Below, piece after piece: positions 13,095 to 24,468 of a stretch of DNA of 64,000 nt; the first letter of the stretch is position 1; every line of letters begins with the position of its first letter. Origin of the DNA: Octopus vulgaris (lineage: Eukaryota); the NCBI GenBank assembly GCA_951406725.2, contig OX597815.1:127844001-127908000 (forward strand), written 5' to 3'. A program made the translations under genes and the position numbers. The notes beneath the pieces are model-generated. The model did no database searches. It worked only from the letters and a program-made list of their open reading frames with translations, and was not told the origin of the DNA.

Positions 13095-13245
13095 TTAACA
13101 TCGAAAAATACCTTAGGAATGAGAACCTAGGTTTGAAATTTCCCCAAGACACCTGATGAAGGCTGGAGGGTATATCGGCCAAAACGTTGTGTTAACAAAC
13201 AAGATGAGGACAAATATCCGTCAAATGTAAATAATGTAAATAATG
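12730..13245. mobile_element. Head-to-head inverted pair of a tRNA-headed SINE containing a minimal type I hammerhead motif
   Basis: Arms of ~240 bp around ~12973; head gggcatatggtgtagtagttaag...gagttcaattcc; (AAT)n; hammerhead motif in each arm. Confidence 0.85.
13148..13193 (+). ncRNA. Minimal type I hammerhead ribozyme motif (G12>A, probably inactive); mirror copy at 12783-12828 on the minus strand
   Basis: gacac-CTGATGA-a-ggctg(gagggtatat)cggcc-AAAAC-GT-T-gtgtt: stem I gacac/gtgtt, stem II, loop-less ACGT stem III. Confidence 0.7.
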
Positions 13246-13595
13246 TAAGAATAAAAGAATATAAATAGATCTATACAGAATGATCTATATCTACATGTCA
13301 GTTCACTAACTGAATGACCGGTGAATTCTTGAAGGTCTGCCAAGGACAATGGCAAGTGTAACCAAGCATGAAGAATAAATTAACAGTACAAAGAAATCGA
13401 ATGGCAACCCCTTTAATATGAACCTCAATAGCTACCATCCCACTCCATCCATACATTTAAAGCAGTTTATCAACAGACTTTCAGCTACTATGCGTTTTGA
13501 TACACTGAGTGGCTACAACTACCTCGTAAGCCATAACTGATAAAAAAGATGCACTCGAAGCTAAGAATTTGGATTCATGGAAGGAATATTTATAT

Positions 13596-13701
13596 ATCAC
13601 CTGAGGAAGCACAACTAGATCTCGTAATGCAGGGAAATAGTTACATAATCAAACACCTGCAAACCTGGAGAAATACATAGCATGAAAACAATTGTAGTGA
13701 T
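13596..13701 (+). ncRNA. Degenerate type I hammerhead-like motif with long stem II insert
   Basis: atcac-CTGAGGA-agc...gcat-GAAA-acaattgt-A-gtgat; stem I atcac/gtgat; palindromic stem III. Confidence 0.5.
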
Positions 13702-13766
13702 TACAAATAAATGTTCCTCTATACTCCTTTTTGTTGACTCTAACTTATTCAATTATATATATATAA

Positions 13767-13826
<60 letters not shown>

Positions 13827-13885
13827 AAGAAGAAGAAGAAGAAGAAGAAGAAGAAGAAGAAGAAGAAGAAAAAGAAGAAGAAGAC

Positions 13886-14817
13886 GACAACACAACAAAA
13901 GCTATAAAACAAATGAAATCCAAACTAAAACTAGAACAGAAACGGACCAAGATAAAACAATGGCAAGAAAAGCCCCTTCATGGTAAATACTGGACTAAAC
14001 TAAATGCAAAAGAAATAGACAAAGAAAAATCCCAGCAATGGTTGAGAAGCTCAGGACTCAATGCAGAGACAGAGGGATTTTTAATTGCAGCACAAGACCA
14101 AAGCCTCCCCACCAGAAATTACCAAAAACATATAATGAAAAGAAATATAACAAGTAACTGCAGAGTATGTGGAGATGGACAAGAAACAATAAATCATATT
14201 ATCTCTGGCTACCCAGTCCTGGCTAAGAAGGAATATATTCACAGACATGACAGAGTTGGGACCTACATACACTGGAAGCTATGCCAACATTATGGAATAA
14301 CAACAGAAAAAAGATGGTATAGGCACACACCAGAAAAGGTCACAGAAAACGAGAAAGCAACCATACTCTGGGATATGCCAATACACACAGATAGAGAAAT
14401 TAAGGCCAACAGACCAGATATAGTTGTCAGAGAATATGAAAAAAAATACTTTCTAATTGATGTATTAATACCAGCAGATGACGTGTCTCTAAAAGAAATG
14501 GAGAAACTTTCAAAATACAAAGACCTGGACATAGAGGTAACTATAATGTGGAATCTGAAAACAGAAACAATTCCTATCAAAGTAGATGCATTAGGCATGA
14601 TAAAAAAATGTTAAGACAAATACATAACAAAAACACCAGGACTTACAAACACATATAACATACAGAAAATTGCACTATTAGGCACTGCACACATCCTACG
14701 CAGAACACTTTCAATACAGTAACCATCAGAGCATCACAACAAATCACAGCACATACCCAAGGCACACAGAGCTGTGCTTGGTAGTGAAGTGAAAGCACGC
14801 TATAAAAATAAAACTAC
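13886..14817 (+). mobile_element. R4/Dong-clade non-LTR retrotransposon, 5'-truncated, well preserved
   Basis: KPLHGKY, ETEGFLIAAQDQ, CRVC..ETINHIISG, RHD, NRPDIVV, LIDV, EKLSKYKDL; flanked by (TAA)n/(GAA)n upstream and (TAA)n downstream. Confidence 0.9.
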
Positions 14818-14819
14818 TA

Positions 14820-14869
<50 letters not shown>

Positions 14870-14994
14870 GTGACAACAAAAGAATGAGACCTTGATATTT
14901 GATAAATAGAGGATTATTTAATGACAACTTACTGTTTGTTCTTAATTATAATATATGTGTGTGTGTGTGTATAATATATATATATAGATATATA

Positions 14995-17900
14995 TTTCCA
15001 TCTTTCAGTTTCCATCTTTCAGCCATTTGGCGGTCTTTTTTCCTCCTCTTACCATTACGATTCTACAATTTAAATTCCCAATTCAACTAACTTACTTCTT
15101 CAATTTCAACTCCCGACCGATGTCCGCAGCAAGTTCTTTAAAAATTTATCTTAATATTTCTATTCGTTGTTACTACGTTTATTCATACATTGTTACGAAA
15201 ATTTAACCTTTTAAGGCTACTTTCAAGCCTTCGCCATAACTTGATTTATCTTTCTATCTCTCTCTCTACAAAATTTAACCTTAGGCGAGGCTACCTCAAG
15301 CCGTAATCCCATCTCTTCCCATCTCTTTCCATCTTTCAGCCATTTGGCGGTCTTTTTTTTCCTCCTCTTACCATTACGATTCTACAATTTAAATTCCCAA
15401 TTCAACTAACTTACTTCTTCAATTTCAACTCCCGACCGATGTCCGCAGCAAGTTCTTTAAAAATTTATCTTAATATTTCTATTCGTTGTTACTACGTTTA
15501 TTCATACATTGTTACGAAAATTTAACCTTTTAAGGCTACTTTCAAGCCTTCGCCATAACTTGATTTATCTTTCTATCTCTCTCTCTACAAAATTTAACCT
15601 TAGGCGAGGCTACCTCAAGCCGTAATCCCATCTCTTCCCATCTCTTTCCATCTTTCAGCCATTTGGCGGTCTTTTTTCCTCCTCTTACCATTACGATTCT
15701 ACAATTTAAATTCCCAATTCAACTAACTTACTTCTTCAATTTCAACTCCCGACCGATGTCCGCAGCAAGTTCTTTAAAAATTTATCTTAATATTTCTATT
15801 CGTTGTTACTACGTTTATTCATACATTGTTACGAAAATTTAACCTTTTAAGGCTACTTTCAAGCCTTCGCCATAACTTGATTTATCTTTCTATCTCTCTC
15901 TCTACAAAATTTAACCTTAGGCGAGGCTACCTCAAGCCGTAATCCCATCTCTTCCCATCTCTTTCCATCTTTCAGCCATTTGGCGGTCTTTTTTCCTCCT
16001 CTTACCATTACGATTCTACAATTTAAATTCCCAATTCAACTAACTTACTTCTTCAATTTCAACTCCCGACCGATGTCCGCAGCAAGTTCTTTAAAAATTT
16101 ATCTTAATATTTCTATTCGTTGTTACTACGTTTATTCATACATTGTTACGAAAATTTAACCTTTTAAGGCTACTTTCAAGCCTTCGCCATAACTTGATTT
16201 ATCTTTCTATCTCTCTCTCTACAAAATTTAACCTTAGGCGAGGCTACCTCAAGCCGTAATCCCATCTCTTCCCATCTCTTTCCATCTTTCAGCCATTTGG
16301 CGGTCTTTTTTTCCTCCTCTTACCATTACGATTCTACAATTTAAATTCCCAATTCAACTAACTTACTTCTTCAATTTCAACTCCCGACCGATGTCCGCAG
16401 CAAGTTCTTTAAAAATTTATCTTAATATTTCTATTCGTTGTTACTACGTTTATTCATACATTGTTACGAAAATTTAACCTTTTAAGGCTACTTTCAAGCC
16501 TTCGCCATAACTTGATTTATCTTTCTATCTCTCTCTCTACAAAATTTAACCTTAGGCAGAGGCTACCTCAAGCCGTAATCCCATCTCTTCCCATCTCTTT
16601 CCATCTTTCAGCCATTTGGCGGTCTTTTTTCCTCCTCTTACCATTACGATTCTACAATTTAAATTCCCAATTCAACTAACTTACTTCTTCAATTTCAACT
16701 CCCGACCGATGTCCGCAGCAAGTTCTTTAAAAATTTATCTTAATATTTCTATTCGTTGTTACTACGTTTATTCATACATTGTTACGAAAATTTAACCTTT
16801 TAAGGCTACTTTCAAGCCTTCGCCATAACTTGATTTATCTTTCTATCTCTCTCTCTACAAAATTTAACCTTAGGCGAGGCTACCTCAAGCCGTAATCCCA
16901 TCTCTTCCCATCTCTTTCCATCTTTCAGCCATTTGGCGGTCTTTTTTCCTCCTCTTACCATTACGATTCTACAATTTAAATTCCCAATTCAACTAACTTA
17001 CTTCTTCAATTTCAACTCCCGACCGATGTCCGCAGCAAGTTCTTTAAAAATTTATCTTAATATTTCTATTCGTTGTTACTACGTTTATTCATACATTGTT
17101 ACGAAAATTTAACCTTTTAAGGCTACTTTCAAGCCTTCGCCATAACTTGATTTATCTTTCTATCTCTCTCTCTACAAAATTTAACCTTAGGCGAGGCTAC
17201 CTCAAGCCGTAATCCCATCTCTTCCCATCTCTTTCCATCTTTCAGCCATTTGGCGGTCTTTTTTCCTCCTCTTACCATTACGATTCTACAATTTAAATTC
17301 CCAATTCAACTAACTTACTTCTTCAATTTCAACTCCCGACCGATGTCCGCAGCAAGTTCTTTAAAAATTTATCTTAATATTTCTATTCGTTGTTACTACG
17401 TTTATTCATACATTGTTACGAAAATTTAACCTTTTAAGGCTACTTTCAAGCCTTCGCCATAACTTGATTTATCTTTCTATCTCTCTCTCTACAAAATTTA
17501 ACCTTAGGCGAGGCTACCTCAAGCCGTAATCCCATCTCTTCCCATCTCTTTCCATCTTTCAGCCATTTGGCGGTCTTTTTTTTCCTCCTCTTACCATTAC
17601 GATTCTACAATTTAAATTCCCAATTCAACTAACTTACTTCTTCAATTTCAACTCCCGACCGATGTCCGCAGCAAGTTCTTTAAAAATTTATCTTAATATT
17701 TCTATTCGTTGTTACTACGTTTATTCATACATTGTTACGAAAATTTAACCTTTTAAGGCTACTTTCAAGCCTTCGCCATAACTTGATTTATCTTTCTATC
17801 TCTCTCTCTACAAAATTTAACCTTAGGCGAGGCTACCTCAAGCCGTAATCCCATCTCTTCCCATCTCTTTCCATCTTTCAGCCATTTGGCGGTCTTTTTT

Positions 17901-20900
17901 CCTCCTCTTACCATTACGATTCTACAATTTAAATTCCCAATTCAACTAACTTACTTCTTCAATTTCAACTCCCGACCGATGTCCGCAGCAAGTTCTTTAA
18001 AAATTTATCTTAATATTTCTATTCGTTGTTACTACGTTTATTCATACATTGTTACGAAAATTTAACCTTTTAAGGCTACTTTCAAGCCTTCGCCATAACT
18101 TGATTTATCTTTCTATCTCTCTCTCTACAAAATTTAACCTTAGGCGAGGCTACCTCAAGCCGTAATCCCATCTCTTCCCATCTCTTTCCATCTTTCAGCC
18201 ATTTGGCGGTCTTTTTTTCCTCCTCTTACCATTACGATTCTACAATTTAAATTCCCAATTCAACTAACTTACTTCTTCAATTTCAACTCCCGACCGATGT
18301 CCGCAGCAAGTTCTTTAAAAATTTATCTTAATATTTCTATTCGTTGTTACTACGTTTATTCATACATTGTTACGAAAATTTAACCTTTTAAGGCTACTTT
18401 CAAGCCTTCGCCATAACTTGATTTATCTTTCTATCTCTCTCTCTACAAAATTTAACCTTAGGCGAGGCTACCTCAAGCCGTAATCCCATCTCTTCCCATC
18501 TCTTTCCATCTTTCAGCCATTTGGCGGTCTTTTTTCCTCCTCTTACCATTACGATTCTACAATTTAAATTCCCAATTCAACTAACTTACTTCTTCAATTT
18601 CAACTCCCGACCGATGTCCGCAGCAAGTTCTTTAAAAATTTATCTTAATATTTCTATTCGTTGTTACTACGTTTATTCATACATTGTTACGAAAATTTAA
18701 CCTTTTAAGGCTACTTTCAAGCCTTCGCCATAACTTGATTTATCTTTCTATCTCTCTCTCTACAAAATTTAACCTTAGGCGAGGCTACCTCAAGCCGTAA
18801 TCCCATCTCTTCCCATCTCTTTCCATCTTTCAGCCATTTGGCGGTCTTTTTTCCTCCTCTTACCATTACGATTCTACAATTTAAATTCCCAATTCAACTA
18901 ACTTACTTCTTCAATTTCAACTCCCGACCGATGTCCGCAGCAAGTTCTTTAAAAATTTATCTTAATATTTCTATTCGTTGTTACTACGTTTATTCATACA
19001 TTGTTACGAAAATTTAACCTTTTAAGGCTACTTTCAAGCCTTCGCCATAACTTGATTTATCTTTCTATCTCTCTCTCTACAAAATTTAACCTTAGGCGAG
19101 GCTACCTCAAGCCGTAATCCCATCTCTTCCCATCTCTTTCCATCTTTCAGCCATTTGGCGGTCTTTTTTCCTCCTCTTACCATTACGATTCTACAATTTA
19201 AATTCCCAATTCAACTAACTTACTTCTTCAATTTCAACTCCCGACCGATGTCCGCAGCAAGTTCTTTAAAAATTTATCTTAATATTTCTATTCGTTGTTA
19301 CTACGTTTATTCATACATTGTTACGAAAATTTAACCTTTTAAGGCTACTTTCAAGCCTTCGCCATAACTTGATTTATCTTTCTATCTCTCTCTCTACAAA
19401 ATTTAACCTTAGGCGAGGCTACCTCAAGCCGTAATCCCATCTCTTCCCATCTCTTTCCATCTTTCAGCCATTTGGCGGTCTTTTTTCCTCCTCTTACCAT
19501 TACGATTCTACAATTTAAATTCCCAATTCAACTAACTTACTTCTTCAATTTCAACTCCCGACCGATGTCCGCAGCAAGTTCTTTAAAAATTTATCTTAAT
19601 ATTTCTATTCGTTGTTACTACGTTTATTCATACATTGTTACGAAAATTTAACCTTTTAAGGCTACTTTCAAGCCTTCGCCATAACTTGATTTATCTTTCT
19701 ATCTCTCTCTCTACAAAATTTAACCTTAGGCGAGGCTACCTCAAGCCGTAATCCCATCTCTTCCCATCTCTTTCCATCTTTCAGCCATTTGGCGGTCTTT
19801 TTTCCTCCTCTTACCATTACGATTCTACAATTTAAATTCCCAATTCAACTAACTTACTTCTTCAATTTCAACTCCCGACCGATGTCCGCAGCAAGTTCTT
19901 TAAAAATTTATCTTAATATTTCTATTCGTTGTTACTACGTTTATTCATACATTGTTACGAAAATTTAACCTTTTAAGGCTACTTTCAAGCCTTCGCCATA
20001 ACTTGATTTATCTTTCTATCTCTCTCTCTACAAAATTTAACCTTAGGCGAGGCTACCTCAAGCCGTAATCCCATCTCTTCCCATCTCTTTCCATCTTTCA
20101 GCCATTTGGCGGTCTTTTTTTCCTCCTCTTACCATTACGATTCTACAATTTAAATTCCCAATTCAACTAACTTACTTCTTCAATTTCAACTCCCGACCGA
20201 TGTCCGCAGCAAGTTCTTTAAAAATTTATCTTAATATTTCTATTCGTTGTTACTACGTTTATTCATACATTGTTACGAAAATTTAACCTTTTAAGGCTAC
20301 TTTCAAGCCTTCGCCATAACTTGATTTATCTTTCTATCTCTCTCTCTACAAAATTTAACCTTAGGCGAGGCTACCTCAAGCCGTAATCCCATCTCTTCCC
20401 ATCTCTTTCCATCTTTCAGCCATTTGGCGGTCTTTTTTCCTCCTCTTACCATTACGATTCTACAATTTAAATTCCCAATTCAACTAACTTACTTCTTCAA
20501 TTTCAACTCCCGACCGATGTCCGCAGCAAGTTCTTTAAAAATTTATCTTAATATTTCTATTCGTTGTTACTACGTTTATTCATACATTGTTACGAAAATT
20601 TAACCTTTTAAGGCTACTTTCAAGCCTTCGCCATAACTTGATTTATCTTTCTATCTCTCTCTCTACAAAATTTAACCTTAGGCGAGGCTACCTCAAGCCG
20701 TAATCCCATCTCTTCCCATCTCTTTCCATCTTTCAGCCATTTGGCGGTCTTTTTTCCTCCTCTTACCATTACGATTCTACAATTTAAATTCCCAATTCAA
20801 CTAACTTACTTCTTCAATTTCAACTCCCGACCGATGTCCGCAGCAAGTTCTTTAAAAATTTATCTTAATATTTCTATTCGTTGTTACTACGTTTATTCAT

Positions 20901-21692
20901 ACATTGTTACGAAAATTTAACCTTTTAAGGCTACTTTCAAGCCTTCGCCATAACTTGATTTATCTTTCTATCTCTCTCTCTACAAAATTTAACCTTAGGC
21001 GAGGCTACCTCAAGCCGTAATCCCATCTCTTCCCATCTCTTTCCATCTTTCAGCCATTTGGCGGTCTTTTTTCCTCCTCTTACCATTACGATTCTACAAT
21101 TTAAATTCCCAATTCAACTAACTTACTTCTTCAATTTCAACTCCCGACCGATGTCCGCAGCAAGTTCTTTAAAAATTTATCTTAATATTTCTATTCGTTG
21201 TTACTACGTTTATTCATACATTGTTACGAAAATTTAACCTTTTAAGGCTACTTTCAAGCCTTCGCCATAACTTGATTTATCTTTCTATCTCTCTCTCTAC
21301 AAAATTTAACCTTAGGCGAGGCTACCTCAAGCCGTAATCCCATCTCTTCCCATCTCTTTCCATCTTTCAGCCATTTGGCGGTCTTTTTTCCTCCTCTTAC
21401 CATTACGATTCTACAATTTAAATTCCCAATTCAACTAACTTACTTCTTCAATTTCAACTCCCGACCGATGTCCGCAGCAAGTTCTTTAAAAATTTATCTT
21501 AATATTTCTATTCGTTGTTACTACGTTTATTCATACATTGTTACGAAAATTTAACCTTTTAAGGCTACTTTCAAGCCTTCGCCATAACTTGATTTATCTT
21601 TCTATCTCTCTCTCTACAAAATTTAACCTTAGGCGAGGCTACCTCAAGCCGTAATCCCATCTCTTCCCTTCTCTTTCCATCTTTCAGCCATT
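14995..21692 (+). repeat. Tandem array of 21 near-identical 317-bp monomers plus short partial units
   Basis: ttccatctttcagcc recurs at 15010, 15327 ... 21675. Differences seen are T-run length (6-8), one extra A at ~16559 and one substitution in the last unit. Confidence 0.98.
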
Positions 21693-22614
21693 GGTGAACA
21701 CTGTTCTCACCGCCAACACCACCAATACTGGTGAACACTGTTCCTCACCCCCCACCACCAATACCAGTATACCCTGTCCTCACCATCTACACCGGATACG
21801 CCTTACTCATCTACACCGGGTACGCCCTACTCCCTCCTCCTCCCCCCACTACCCCTTCTCCTCATATGCTTTCACTGTGAAAAGACAAGCTGCTAGCGCC
21901 ATAGCTCATCAACTGCCCACCGATCTTACGCTTCCTCCTGACACTGCTTCATTCCGACTATCCCCCTTTAGCACCCTCCCGCCTCGTAATATCCTACGTT
22001 TTTATTTCTTAGGAACCTACACCAACCCTTCCTGCCATCGTTCCTCCTTACCCCAACCTTCCCCACTGGTTGCTCCCCTATATTACCCACCTCAACTGGA
22101 CCCCCCTCTCCCCAACTCAACTCTAGAATATCTGTATTCTTTCCTCTACCTAATAACGTTACTCAGTGACGATAACGAATGTCTTTATTTCTTAGAAACC
22201 TACACCAACCCTTCCTTACTCAGTGACGATAAATGCTGTGACTACAAAGACCCGGGCTGCTTTCTGCAGCAATTCCACATACCCCCTACTCATTATAAGT
22301 ACCCCGGATCCCCAAAGTACCCTGGATCCCCAAAGTACCCCGGACCTCGTTGCCCCCGTGCCGCTGACACGTTAAAATGCTCGAACCGATCGTGACGATG
22401 CCGGACCCTCCGGCCCCTGTGCAGGTGGCACGTAAAAAGCACCCAATCCACTCACGGAGTGGTTGGCGTTAGGAAGGGCATCCAGCCGTAGAAACTCTGC
22501 CAGATTCAGACTGGAGCCTGGTGCGGCCCCTGGCTTCCCAGACCCGGTCAAACCGTCCAACCCGTGCTAGCGCGGAAAGCGGACGTTAAACGATGATGAT
22601 GATGATGATGATGA

Positions 22615-22617
<3 letters not shown>
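21693..22617 (+). mobile_element. C-rich leader-like segment joined to an RTE 3' UTR and (GAT)n tail (non-autonomous RTE derivative)
   Basis: ccaccaccaatac and accggata motifs as in the RTE leader at 58200-58360; 22360-22617 is the RTE terminus ending gacgttaaac(gat)n; no RT or APE sequence in between. Confidence 0.75.
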
Positions 22618-22661
<44 letters not shown>

Positions 22662-22797
22662 GATAAGGAAATAATAATAATAAAAAGTGACAACAAAAGA
22701 ATGAGACCTCGATATTAGATAAATAGAGGCTTGTTTTATGACAACTTACTGTTTGTTCTAAATTATAACATATACAGTATATATATATATATAAAGA

Positions 22798-23478
22798 AAC
22801 TAGAAAAGCACTCAGAGAGCACAGATCTCTGCCAAGCAACTCATTTCCACCCATATAGACGCATGCTGAAAATCGCCCAATTTCCCAAACCAACGCCGAC
22901 AAAAACATAGCCTCCTTGGTGGGGTTAAAAAAAAAATAACACACCCATATAATTTTTTAAAAAACCTTTAAAAACGAGAATCATCTGAAGCAGTCATAAT
23001 ACAGCAATGACAACAGCAAGCTCACAGCGGTGGTGGAGGGAGCAAAGCCTGAGCTTTTTGATTTGATCGCAATAGTTAAGGCTTGTCATGTCATCCTCCG
23101 CAGACCTCCACCAAGCAGCTCATTTTAAGATAGATACGCAAGTAAAATTACTAATAGAGAAACAAAATAAACTTTGGAAACAGCAACGCCACCATAGGTT
23201 ATGTGGAAACGATGAACGTGTTTTCAATGGAGATAATCAAAGAATGTAACATTGTAATACTTCATGTAAAGTAAATATAACAAATGAAAAATCCTTCCCA
23301 TATCACTACCAAAGTTTCATCATCTGTTCATTGTGTCATTACCAACTTTTTCTGCAAGTTTCATCAAATACTGTTCACAACTTTTTGAGTTATTTTGCAC
23401 ACACACAGACAGACAGAGGGACAGACAGACAAACCAACACTAATGAAAACATAACCTCCTTCCTTGGCGGAGATAATA
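22798..23478 (+). mobile_element. Helentron-type non-autonomous element
   Basis: actagaaaagcactcagagagcacagatctctgccaag start; (ACAG)n then gaaaacataacctcc..ttggcggag end (subterminal inverted repeat). Confidence 0.55.
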
Positions 23479-23480
23479 AT

Positions 23481-24005
23481 CTTATTCTCAAGCAAGATAA
23501 TGTTAATAATATGGAATGAACAGGATAACTTATCTATATTTTGCAGAAAAATCTGTTGGCGGCCAGTCATGAGACTTGAACTCACATCCCTGTGATTATG
23601 CGTCAAGTGCTTTTAAAGTTAGATTTATTTATTCTAAATTTGGAGAAGAATTTGTTGTTCAGGCAGTTTAGCTTAATGGTAAAGCACTTGACATGTAATC
23701 ACAGGGATGTGAGTTCAAGTCTCATGGCTGGCTGCCGACAGATTTTTCTGCAAAATATGGATAGTTTATCCTGTTCATGCATTAGCATTATCCTGCATTT
23801 GAGAATAAAATTATTTCCTTATCTGTATCTTTCAATATATCTCAACGCTTCTAAAGCAAACTTTGTTTGTTGACTTTCAACGTAAGTTGAATTTAAGATA
23901 TATATGCTATTCAGCATTGTTATTATGTGTTTGAGAATAAAATACTTCCATATTTATATCTTTCAATACATCTCAATGCTTCTAAAAAAAAGCAAACTTT
24001 ATTTG
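23481..24005. mobile_element. tRNA-headed SINE with an upstream inverted 5'-truncated copy and a tandemly duplicated tail
   Basis: Head ggcagtttagcttaatggtaaagc...gagttcaagtc at ~23661; 23481-23613 is the reverse complement of ~23678-23810; tail repeated at ~23795-23870 and ~23928-24005. Confidence 0.7.
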
Positions 24006-24252
24006 CATACATTGTAATTTTATATATACACATATGTATATACACATACACACAAATGTGTGTGTGTTGTGTATGGAGAGAGTCATATTGTTGTAATGTC
24101 TTATTACCTAACACACTCACCAGTTCGATTTCCACTCATTTATTATTTATATATTTTCTTTCAAAATTTTCGTTGCTTTTGCAACCTTTTCAATGAATGT
24201 TGACTCTGTCCATTATTGGAGTTGTGTTCTTATTTCCACAATATGTCTAGAT

Positions 24253-24423
24253 CAGAGATGGAGAACCTGCAGCCTTCTGGGTCAACAAGTGCGGCCTTCT
24301 GGGTCAACAAGTGCGGCCTTCTGGGTCAACAAGTGCGGCCTTCTGCAGCCTTTGACGTAAATGCTAATATATATTTTTAAGACCTTGATTTTTTTTGTCT
24401 ATAGTTTTTATGCATAATTTACA

Positions 24424-24468
<45 letters not shown>

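Noticed and set aside
15212-15232. aaggct-actttca-agcctt hairpin as a histone stem-loop
   Set aside because: Loop length and sequence do not fit the 6-bp stem/4-nt loop consensus, and there is no histone ORF.
14995-21692. 317-bp array as a CRISPR array, RNA-gene cluster or hammerhead retrozyme
   Set aside because: No unique spacers, no recognisable tRNA/5S/snRNA sequence, and no CTGANGA box found on either strand.
21691-22395. 234-aa Pro/Ser/Thr-rich ORF
   Set aside because: Non-ATG start, low-complexity C-rich repeats and no recognisable domain; probably open by composition.
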